A stretch of DNA of 64,000 nucleotides from Octopus sinensis (lineage: Eukaryota): positions 69,068,001-69,132,000 of the forward strand of contig NC_042997.1 of assembly GCF_006345805.1 (NCBI RefSeq). Reading direction: 5' to 3'. The position numbers and the translations under genes were made by a program. Under the pieces are notes generated by a model. The model did not search any database, had not been told where the DNA came from, and saw nothing but the letters and a program-made list of their open reading frames with translations. The first letter of the stretch is position 1. Each line of letters begins with the position of its first letter. Below, in pieces: positions 53,251-64,000 of the stretch.

Positions 53251-54804
53251 TGTGAGCTGTGCAGTATTCTCTTACAGCTATTTACAGTGAATGTCCAGAC
53301 AAAGGATATAAAGTAAGATATGATGATGTTATTTTGGCACAATGTTTAGTTATAAAACAAATAAATATAATAAGAAACAAATATAAACTCCCAAATAAAA
53401 TAAAACGAAGAAAAACAGAAACAAATTATGCATTCGTTTTGACTAAGCACAAAGCCAGTTTATATAGGGGCGGGAATATTGTTCACTGAATCAATCCCCA
53501 CTATGCTGCTGGTAGACTTTCTTTACACTCTTCTCTGTTACTGTTTTTGGAACTTAGTCTGAGTAGGAGGAGCAGTAACCATAAACTTTACAGCCCCCCC
53601 CTCCAGACTACAGGCATATATGCGGTTAATGCTATTGATACGGTTCATCTTGAACATCTGTAGGTTGACGTCTGTAGGGAAAACCATACGCACAGAATAG
53701 TTGCAAAATCGCAGTTCTGTACAACTCACAGGAATACGGCTTTACTTGGGAGAATTGTTTGCTGTTAAGATTTGCTTGAAACACAAGAGCTGTAACGAGA
53801 GAAGGAAATACGGAAGAACATTAAGGTGGTGTATTTAACACACATTTCCGAGTTCGGATAAGTGCGTACCGGTGAAAAAACGGTGTAGAAAAGATAAAGA
53901 GTGGATGTAAAGATAGAGTGAGCTAGTTTGGTATTGAATCATCATCTACCAATAAAACGGAATTGTTCCATATACACGAAGTTGTGTATGTGTGTGTGAG
54001 TGTGAATGTGTGCGTGCGCGCACGTGTGTGTCGCAATGTGTAGATATGTAAGCAATAGTGTAAGATATAGACTGCACATTTGGATTTCTGATGTGTTCAG
54101 AAAATATTCAGAGTTGAAATATTTCCGCGTCTTGGTGATGTAGTCTAGGCTCTCGGATACAATTATATCAATTATGAAAATGTTCGATTTTCGTGAAAGA
54201 TCATCAATTATCGTAAGACGAGATGTTGGAAATGAAGTTAACGATTTTAGCAGTGTATTAATTATTAGGAGGATACATGTAATACTGAACAGGTATATCA
54301 TTGATGAATACAATGGTAGGACAGTGCTTTAGCGTTGCTAAATGAAGTTTCTTTGCTCTCCTTGTAGTTTTCTTTGGATGTTTTTGTGGGAAACTAACTT
54401 GTCAACGACAAACATCTACCATTGCTGGATGTTTTCGTAGTCGACAAATTAGGGGACGACAACACTGGTAGTAATTTCTGTCAGTAAACGATAAACCTAA
54501 CTCGCAAGTGCCTAATATATCTGGTTCTAAATTACTACAATAGTAATGTAAACTTTACTGATGTGTACAGTTAGTGGTATTGTTAAAAATATACAGTAGG
54601 CATAGTTTTTGTTTTTTCAAACAGCGCTGCCCACTTCAAATATGGGGAACTGGGCTAACAAAACTGCTGTAAGGCAGAAAAAAGACACAAGAATTAACAA
54701 AAGGCAATCCCAAGACGGAAAACCTAAAACAAGCAATAAAATAGTTACTCAACTTAGCAGCCGAAATAACATGTCCGTTCAGTTCCAGATGATTGTAACA
54801 ACTA

Positions 54805-57330
54805 TTTCTTTATTGCCCACAGGAGGCCAAACATAAAGATGCCTGTCAGGATTCCTTTCACACGGATCTTCCATACCACTTCTTTCGCTATAGCGGCCAC
54901 AGCAAGAAAATAAGCCTTGCCTTCTTTTTTAAAAGAGGGAGGTCTCGAGGTGGTGGTTAGGCGCCATTCTCGCAGCTAAAACTGTGGGTGCGGAGCCAGA
55001 TTCCAGTGCTTCGTCTACAGTCCTAACTAAAGCCCTTCCTACTCTATTTTTCTAAGCCACTAATTCTTTGTTATACCTAATAGACTCAAATTTTATGGCT
55101 CTTGGGGGAGGGGGCATAACACCACTGTAGTTAATAATGGTACCATACAATGCTCTCACCACTAACTGTCTAACCCAAATCCTGTACTTATGAGTCTATG
55201 GTAGTCCTCCAAGCCACTTGTAGCCGGATCCCTGTCTACCTAACTATCTAAGTTCAGCCTACAGGTCACAAATTTGTGGTCTCTGTAGCTGACATAGTAA
55301 AATTGTGGACGATTAACTAGATTTTTGTCTATTTCCCTAATTAGAATCCTGTATAAGTAAGACCTAGATGACCCATCGCTATTAGTTCATGTCCACAATG
55401 GATTATCTGGGACATCTAGTCTGTAACGGTCTGCTAGCTGAAATCGACTGAGCATATTGAAGTATGGATTTCCCCTCCTATTAGTAGACGAGACAACGTA
55501 ATCTACATGTGCATCGCAGATTACGTTAAAGACACCTAACATTACTATGGTATGAGAAGTCCCAAGAAACCTCTTCAGACCTCGAAAAAATCAGACTGTC
55601 CAGTTCCCGAGGGCGCATAGACAGCTACTTGCCTGAAGACCTTGCCGCTGCTTAGTGTCACGTCAAGAACGACCAACCTACCTTCCGTGTCGATGAACAT
55701 AGTTCTTGTCTCGAAATCCACATTTTTCCTGAGCAGTACAGCAACGCCTCTCTCTCCTTCAGATAGGCATGGAGAAATAATTTATTTCGTAATCATTTAG
55801 GAGTGGGGAAAGTCTCTTTGACTTCTCAGTCTGGACTCTATGGCAACTATAATATCCATTCTATGCGATCTGAAGTCATTAAGGAAACGACCTTGTTTCC
55901 ACTCTGACCCCAGGCCGCGTACTTTCAAACACCCTACATTAAGAATATCCATGATGGTTATACTTACAGTTTGAGATGGGGTGGTACGTTCATCTCATTC
56001 CTTTTGTTTTTCGTCCGGGGCCTGTGAGGTGTCGTTGACTAGGCCCTCAAACATTAGTGGGGAAAAGTCTTTCTTCAGAGGACCCATGTCGTTTTTAAAT
56101 CGGTTTGCCAACATGTTATAGTTGGCTTTGTCTATTTCCTAAATAGCAATGTTTTGGGTACTGTCATTTCTTTCGTAGTCTTTGGTTGCGTTGGCCGCAT
56201 ATGGTATGTCTTTTAGTCGCTGTAGGAGTAACTTGTAAGTCGTCACTTCTGCAGTATAATCCATGTCTAGATGAGTGGGGAACATTTTGGGCTGGGATTC
56301 GTTTTTCTTTTTTGTAGTTATGTGATCTATTTGTTTTATTTTTTGCTTTGATGTAGAGCTAATGGGGTTGGATGGGGAGGGTTTTTTCTTTTTTCTGGAG
56401 AAAATTTCCCACCTTTCTCCTTGAGCTTCCTCAACTTCCTCTTCCTCCGTTTCATTTTCCGACATTTCATTCTGCGTTTCACCTGCAGCTTCTGTTTGTT
56501 TCTCTTCAGGTGGGAAAGCCCCTGCGTTTCGGGAGGAGGTTTGCACTCGGACCTAATGTGGCCTTTTTGGCTGCTTTTGTAGCATCGAGGCATTCTCCCC
56601 TCTACCGTGACTCGCAGCTTAGTCTCCCCCATCTGTATAGTTTCTATAATATTTTCTAAATCAGCCTGTAAAATCATTTCGAGTCCTTGCCCCTGCCAAT
56701 TCTGCAGTCCAAGTGTTGAGGCTTGGAGAATTGGGATCTTCTCCACCAAGCCGTTTATTATGGCTGCAACCAGCCAAGTGGGAGCTACTTCGGGTGGGAT
56801 GTCTCTTACCTTAATCTTGGAATTCTGTCTTCCAAGATAAGTAGGTAGGAGAACCACCTCCGCAGTTTTAATGGCTCCGTTGATGATTGTTTTGCCTTTT
56901 CTTCGGTTTTAAAATGGACTTCTATTGTGGCATACTTCACTCCTCTTGTGATGTATGCCACATCATTCCAAACTGGACGGAGGAAGCTTCACCGCCTCTT
57001 GCGTTATTCAGTTTGTTTGTTTTTTTGTTTTTTTACTTTGGTCAGAAATGATTTATATATCATGCAGTGAATTCTGCGTCGTTTCACAGGGAGAGTAATC
57101 ACTGTTTCGCTCCCCTCTCTTTTCATCATAGCTTTGTATTTTCTGAGCTCATCGCTTCCACAATTTATCGTCTCTTTTGAAACACCGGCCGCTGCTGAAA
57201 AATTGCTAGCTTTTTTCCTTGCATAAACTCCTGTCGGCATGCTAATTAAAACTGTGCTGTTTTATCCGCTTCTGATATCTTCTCATTCACTTGAACCAGG
57301 TTCACTATTGGTCTTGGTTTTCATAGGGGA
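54805..57330 (-). mobile_element. L1/Tx1-like LINE retaining ORF1, APE, an ORF2 C-terminal piece and a polyA signal, but lacking RT
   Basis: ORF1 KIKVRDIPPEV..VTVEGRMPRCYKSSQKGHIRSEC (zinc knuckle). ORF2 from 55952: MDILNVGCLKVRGL..GVAVLLRK..GRLVVLDV..VAVYAP..DHKFVTC. Then joined to FLAVAAIAKEVVWKIRVKG and ending GCAATAAAGAAA. Confidence 0.85.
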
Positions 57331-57971
57331 TTTGTCTTTTTTTTTTGAAAAATACAACAGTATTTCCCCCCTTCATACAAAGGGGAAAACGTTAACAAAG
57401 GTCTGCCACAAGCAGGAAAATAGGTGTTTAAAAACACTCAACAAAAGTTCAACAACGTAATTTATCAACAGTGCAAATTCAACAATTACACACAAATATT
57501 ACAACTTACGACAAACCTTTCGAATAACGCACAAACATACACATGATCGTAACAACATTAAAAAATATTAATGTTAATTTATTGATGCATTTAGGCAAGT
57601 TTATGTCTGTACTATCAGACAATTGCAAAAAATGTTTTAAAAAATTGAAAACTCTGCAAAAATCATGTAGAAATTCTTCATAGTCCAAAACTTGCTTACT
57701 TTTTACTCAACCTGATAATGATCAATAGATTATGTAAAAGGCGCGGATAATGTCGGCCTTCGGATATATCTCTCAGTATTTATGCTCTTTATTTACGGAT
57801 AAAAAAAATAGACAGATGTAAGATAAAAAATGAAGGTGTGTTGAAAATGGACCTATTGTGAGTAAACTAAAATGCTATTCCTTTTTATTTGGCACAAGAG
57901 CAACTCTTGAATGAATTGGTATATTTTTTCAACTGAATACTTCCCAATATATTAGAAATATCTTTTTGTAG

Positions 57972-58091
57972 ATCCATCATACTATGGACGTATGAAAGGC
58001 TTCATTGTCGATTTAAAAATCTGAACCTATATCAGAGAATTTGTAGAATACATGTCACCGAATAACTCAAGTAACAGATCACAAACCAAAG
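57972..58091 (+). other. Candidate 120-bp symmetric exon with one in-frame TGA
   Basis: tctttttgtAG/..(D)PSYYGRMKGFIVDLKI*TYIREFVEYMSPNNSSNRSQTK(G)/GTCAGT. Confidence 0.2.
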
Positions 58092-59644
58092 GTCAGTATT
58101 AACATAACGTGTTACCTGAAATGCAATGTGTTCTTTACGGACCAATGTTATCTTTAAATGACTTGGCTGTAACACTAAGTGGCATAATTTATCGTTATGT
58201 CCTATACCAACAGCGAAGGTAAACTCAAAGTTTTAAGTTCTATTTCTGTAGTACGAAGACAACTTTCTTGGGCAGTGAGAATATTTATTCCAAATATTTA
58301 ACAGAACTAAGACCAAGATATGCTTTGGTTGAGGAGAAATTTAATGAAACCAATTTTTTTCACGTCATAATTTTTTTTTCAATGTTTGGATAATTTTCAT
58401 CTAGATTTAATTTGTTGGCAGTAAATATCTGGAAACATTGTGAAAAATTAAGAACACTGAAAGCTTAAATAATTACCCTAAAGCAGTTCTGATTCAAAGA
58501 TATATTTACCGGCCTTCTCGATGTAGCTATAAAAAAAGAGCAAACGTGGGGCATCTGTATGGTGGCTCGATCTGTTAGAAATAGTTGCCAGATCCTCCTG
58601 AAGTTGCAACCGTCTTAAAAATGGGGCAGAAACATTATAACATTAGATAATGTGGTTATAGATAACCTTAAACAGATGAAATAACTTAGCTGATAGCAAT
58701 GCTCAATCGGTTCTGACCTGAGCTACTCTCACAAAAATAAATGACTGAATCATATTACATATGCTGTAAATAACCTTTCGTTAAACCTAACCAGTCATTA
58801 GGTTACATTTATATATAAGTCTATTGGTGCAGAGCTATTAATACTTTCTTACAACAGTAACAATCCATAATTCTTGAATCGGTCATAATCTATAACTAAT
58901 ATTTATTTGAGGTGTAGTTTGCAATAGCTTATATCTCACGATTAGTTAATGAGATGTAAAAAGGCTAAGATGGTGCATTACAAACCTTGAAATCCCTATT
59001 TGTAGATGATACACTCTAGCGAAAATCTAAACAATCCAATTAGATACGAAGAATTTATTACGTTACCGTTTATATGAGTATTTACTTAAATAGTCGTACG
59101 GATAGTTAGCACTAAATTAGAGAGTGCATGTCGTTTATCTCCACGTGAACCTTAATAAAGAAGATCCATTGTTCTAGTTGCCATCATTTCATGTTATCTT
59201 TTCAAATAGAGTATCTGTTTCTACATTATAGCGTTTGACTTGAGGGAGATTTGCCTGCTATTTCGTGCAGGTTGGACGATCACATATTTCAGAGGACGTC
59301 AGCCTGTTTGCATCTGTGTGTAGATAGCTTATTAATGAATAGACGGCGCCAAATAAATGACACAACATATTTGAAAAATGAGAATTATCTATTTAAATAC
59401 ACCGAGTTAGAATTTCTTTTATCGAATCAGCAAAGGAGGCGAGCTAGAAGATCCTTTTAGTTTGTAGATTATTAATCAATAAATTCAATTATTTCCCCAT
59501 TTATTTTAACTAGGACATCTTTAGAATCTATTAAAAAGACATAAGCATTATTTAAAACATAAAAAGAATGAACATGGAGAGTTGAATAGGGGTAAATTAT
59601 GTATAATAAAAAGTATATTTAATTTCAATGCCTCAGTCGGTGAA

Positions 59645-60130
59645 TCAATGTCAAAATCGATGTTATTTATTGCTTGAAAGAATCTCAATACTGGGTGTCA
59701 AGTAGACTGAGGTCAATGACGAAACATCATCCAAATGGGATCAGTTAATTTTGTTTTCTAATAGTATTTGATGCGCAATATTTTTGAAAATATATCTTCA
59801 CACAACTGCTTTCTGTCAAACAATGATGACATCTTTTATACATGGATGATAAATTTGGAATATTTCTCACTTGGATGTATATATAATTATGCACTGGAAC
59901 TAGTCCTTAATCGGCTGATGAAATATCTTTTACTCCACATAATTACAATAATAAACAGCTTGAACGCACATGCTTAGCGAAAATCGGGTGAAAATTCTTT
60001 TCTTAATTCTTGAACCATAGTGTCAAAAATGTTTGATACTTAACTGCTACACACCTCTTCAGAAATTCTAGTTTCCTACTGTTCCCGAAGAAGAAATAAC
60101 CTGGTGTACAAATATCTTGAAAATATGGGC
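59645..60130 (-). pseudogene. hAT (SPIN/GTF2IRD2-like) transposase C-terminal relic
   Basis: ELRKEFSPDF, KMSSLFDRKQLCEDIFSKILRIKY, KTKLTD-HLDDV..LTPSIEILSSNK*HRF*H*; compare MLSLFGSTYLCEQ.FS..RSRLTD.HL..LTPDI..Q.SH*. Confidence 0.65.
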
Positions 60131-60759
60131 GCTAGGCGTCTAAGTTCCTTCGTTTTGCATTCAATTTTGTTTCTCGATTATATTCCAAAAATAGTTATGA
60201 ACAAGTATCCTGATGTGAAGAGCTGACAGAAAACTGTGCAACAACGTCAACAATACAAATTTTTTCACTGCTTGTTCAAAAGCCAGTAAAAATATAGGTA
60301 ACTGCCAATAACATAAGAGAAATACGTGTATGCTTTACATGTATTCTTTAAATATGTCGTGTTATTCTTCCATAAGTTTTGTTTATATAAAATCTTTCCA
60401 TATTAGAGGTTTTTTTTTTCATTGGTAAGTCAGGTCTTTTTTCTGTAGTATATATACTCGCTGGTTTCAATAATCTTGTCCGCTCCGATCGCATTATGAA
60501 TGGGTGCTTCAGAGAAAGCTATCGATTCCTACACAGCTGAGGACAGAGATGTCTGTCAGCAACATCGATATATACAGAAAGCTTACATTAATGGGATTAT
60601 TAGCCAATTTATTTTATATGGTAACGTTCAACATGCATTCGACCGGTTAATTTTTTCCAAAAATTATCATCATAACCCAAAGCAATTCTTAATTTGTTGT
60701 AAACCAGTGAAATAAATAAATACTTACACAGTTGAATTAATATATAGCTTGTTATTTTC

Positions 60760-60860
60760 TCTTTATTTTTCTCTTTCCTCATGTATACTTTCCGTAAAGA
60801 GCAAAGGCTCGAAATGCTAATGATTTCTTACAATTTTCCTGAACGTCAGCCTAATATATT
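60760..60860 (+). mobile_element. Hammerhead-bearing dispersed repeat, degenerate copy 5
   Basis: cttt ccgtaaa GAGC-aaag-GCTC gaaa tgct aatga at 60788-60824. Confidence 0.5.
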
Positions 60861-62279
60861 ATTTCTTTATTTCTTTTTTTTTACCTCATTTTCGTATTTT
60901 TGTTTTGTACCACATATAACATAAGCTCACGTGGTCACACCACTTTGATCTTGTCTGATAGAGGTAGTCCAAATGGAGTTCCAGGGGTAATCCGAATAGA
61001 ATTTTTAAGGTAAGGTAGTCCTTGAGAGGTGGTAATGGTCTAAGATGTAGGACGAAGACAGAGGGAGCCCGAAAGAGGATTACCTCTGTTACTCTACTTG
61101 GAAGATCACCTTCCTGGATCTTACTCTGCATTGTTGTTAACCTATATCATGCATACACAGAAACATTATACATATAAGCACTAAGATTAAACATAACAAG
61201 AATATATTAAACTGTAATACACATCTTATACATACATAAACACGCACACATAAATTATGTATATACGCACAGATACACACACACACAAACACACACATAA
61301 GTATTTGTATATATATATATATATATATACAGAGAGAGGGAGGAGAGAAAGAAAGTGATCCTGAATCTTAAATGAATTTTTAGCAAGAGTTAAACTTAAC
61401 TACATCTACACTTTGCATATTTCTCTCTTTGTATTTAAACATATGTCTATGCGGTATCATTTAGCTTTCCTTCATTATATTTTTATCTATATATTCTGCT
61501 ATTTAGACATAAAACTGTTACACTGTAGCTGTTGTTTATTTCACTATTGCAAACAAGTGACAAAGGATATAGGTGTTTTATATGTTAATAATTCTTGTTG
61601 CGCACTCTAATGTGATAATACGTATTTTCTGGTGCCAACTAGACTTCACTGTATTAGTTTTCGACAACTTGGATTCTCTTTAATTTGTATTTAAGCTCGT
61701 TAATCACAATACACAAACAGTCAAACTATAAGAAGTTGCACATAAAAAAGAAGTGAAGAAATAATCCTTAACTAAATAAAATCAAAATATAATCTAAAAT
61801 ATAAAATGTAAAAAATATATCGTCAATGGTTAAATAAAATACAAAAAAGTACAAAAATTATTTTAAATAAAATATCTTTGGTTTGATAGAAATTGCATTG
61901 AATAATTCTATGGAAAGAAATGGGGAAATAATAGAAGGGAAGCATCAAAAAATAAATATAACACCATTCGTTTATTTTTATTCTTTGGAAGTCTGTTAAT
62001 CTATCTATTTTTCTTAAAGACTACTTATATCGCAATCAATCTATTTGTATACCAGATTATTTTACTTGCGTTCACTATTGAACAGTTGCAATTAATGAAA
62101 ATTTGAAAACTCAGATATTGAGAAATTTTGGCGGTTTAGTAAATATATTCAGTGTCTTGCATATATATCCTTAATACGTTCCAGCAGATTTGAACAGGAA
62201 TTTACTAATCACTGTTCTCTATCACGGGAGAACAACTTCATGTTTATGAAGAGTGTGTGTTCATAACACATTCTATTCA

Positions 62280-62900
62280 TTTTCACAAAGCATTCTGGGA
62301 CAACCGGTGTTGTAGCCCATCAGCGAGAAGCATTTCCTGACCATTGAATTTAACAAGAGCTGATGTATATGTTTATCTCTTCAGCGAGCACACTGTTCCC
62401 TGGTCCATGTTTTTATCTGCCTGCTATATGCATGGTGAACTGCATGAATTAAAATAAGATTTGCAACTATTGTTGTTATTTCACAGTTCGCGTGAGATAT
62501 ATGAAAATCAAAAGACTTTAGCTCTTCGTGGTGAGCAATTTAGAACAATATGAGTGAGATTTTTCTAAAGCCCAAACACGCATAATTATACGTTTAAGGA
62601 AGGAGATGTTTATGGCAAATTCACTCCAATATGTGGAAAAAGCTCTTGGCGGGGAAAGAAGTTCCGCTAGAAGTAAACATCTGATGGCTGACAGTTTCAC
62701 AAACATACTATATGTTGGAAAGTCACACTGGAAGAGCTGCGAGTCAGGTACTGCTAAAGGTGTGATCATACAAACAAAATCTCGAATCATTAAGAAAATA
62801 TCTGACGTCTTATACTCTCCAAAAAAGCGTAGTTATCCATATTAGCGGACGATAAAAACTTTAAAAGTCGTCTATGCAGTGTAAAGATCCATTTGAAGGC
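62280..62900 (+). pseudogene. piggyBac-like transposase relic
   Basis: GRRCLWQ..GKEVPLEVNI*WLTVSQTYYMLESHTGR..VIHISGR resembles FRGRC..KYGIKI.WL....Y......YTGK..SGR. Confidence 0.5.
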
Positions 62901-64000
62901 TTTCTAACCACAACAAAAACGGATGAATTACAGCAGAACTGCAATCCTACAGACCCCACTCAAAATAAACATCAATCATTATAAAACCAACAGCAAAGCC
63001 CCACAAATGCAACAGTCAAGGATGATGGAAAATATGTGACAACAGCATCAGCAACAAGAAATCTGTCAAATACTACAGAAACAGTGCCAACTAAAACTGC
63101 AACAATAATTACTACAGCAACAGCTCCAACAACAAAACAGCAGCAACAACAGTTAAAGGCATCTCTGAATTAATAAGCGACTCGGTTACCAAACATTCCT
63201 TAACAGATCATCTAGAATGCTCTCAAATCTATCACAGCAAAGTACAAACACAACTGGGCACATATTGACAGATTCACCTCCAAATGCTGCTAAAGCATAC
63301 TCTGAATCAGAGATATTGCCGAGCGACATAGTGCAGTCAACATAGCAAATTAAAGAGTTCTGTGACAGAAAGAAAATATAGATAGAAAAGAGTCATCATA
63401 AGATTAAAGCCTGTATATTTAAAGGACTCTTAGGCGTTCTCCAAAACCACAATATACTCACACAGCCACCAGTCCACATTACATAAACGTCTGATACACA
63501 ACCAGAAACATAAATTCAAAACAAACTAATTAAAAGAAAATCAATTACAAGTACTCAGACCGTAAAGAACTGGAAAAATAATACCACTAAGCAATTAGAC
63601 CAACGTTCACGGACTGCAATTTTGCGAGACAGGGACTCAGTGATAACATCGATTTTAGCACTTTGCTGTATTTATTTTATAGAATTTCTTGGAATCGACC
63701 TCTTTGGAATTTGAACTCAGAAGGTAAACATCCAATAGATGAAATGGCTCTTAAAGGACTAGGATCGTTTGCCTTTAAGTAAAAATGATCAATCTTTGCC
63801 AAATTGTATTGTGAGAGAAGACATTAATGTCATGTAAAAGCCCCTGGTATTAACACACACACACACACACGCACACACACATATGTAACAATATATTTAT
63901 AATAATTATTATTTGAAGAAAATAAATGTTTGTATGTTTCTTTGCTTTTTGTTTGTCAGTTTGTGTGCACGTGTGTGTGGTATAGGTTTACTTATTCATA

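Noticed and set aside
60886-61131. 81-aa minus-strand ORF
   Set aside because: No convincing motif; at most a worn retroelement piece that I could not assign.
63180-63640. Possible N-terminal fragment of an R4/Dong-like LINE
   Set aside because: Similarity too faint (a few residues) to call by eye.

Overview
AT-rich, microsatellite-dense eukaryotic DNA made almost entirely of decayed transposable elements. The repeat families and composition suggest a cephalopod (Octopus-like) genome; this is an inference from recognising the repeats, not a database result. I found no confidently supported host gene, and most ORFs in the track are translations of (TA)n, (CATA)n or (AAT)n repeats. Recognisable content: two hAT transposase relics, four mariner relics, a Tc1/maT-like fragment fused to a Helitron helicase fragment, a piggyBac relic, R4/Dong-type LINEs (one near full length between (TAA)n tracts), L1/Tx1-type LINE pieces (one lacking the whole RT domain), four tRNA-derived SINE families and Penelope-like remnants. 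The main unexplained layer is RNA structure. There are two essentially intact canonical type I hammerhead ribozymes (20805-20889, 33049-33137) and a palindrome carrying two divergent hammerheads (46495-46818). A dispersed ~200-bp repeat carries a 38-nt minimal hammerhead with an unusual A6U core in four near-intact copies plus one degenerate copy. Several long DNA palindromes and two weak exon candidates are also reported. All folds and alignments were done by eye.
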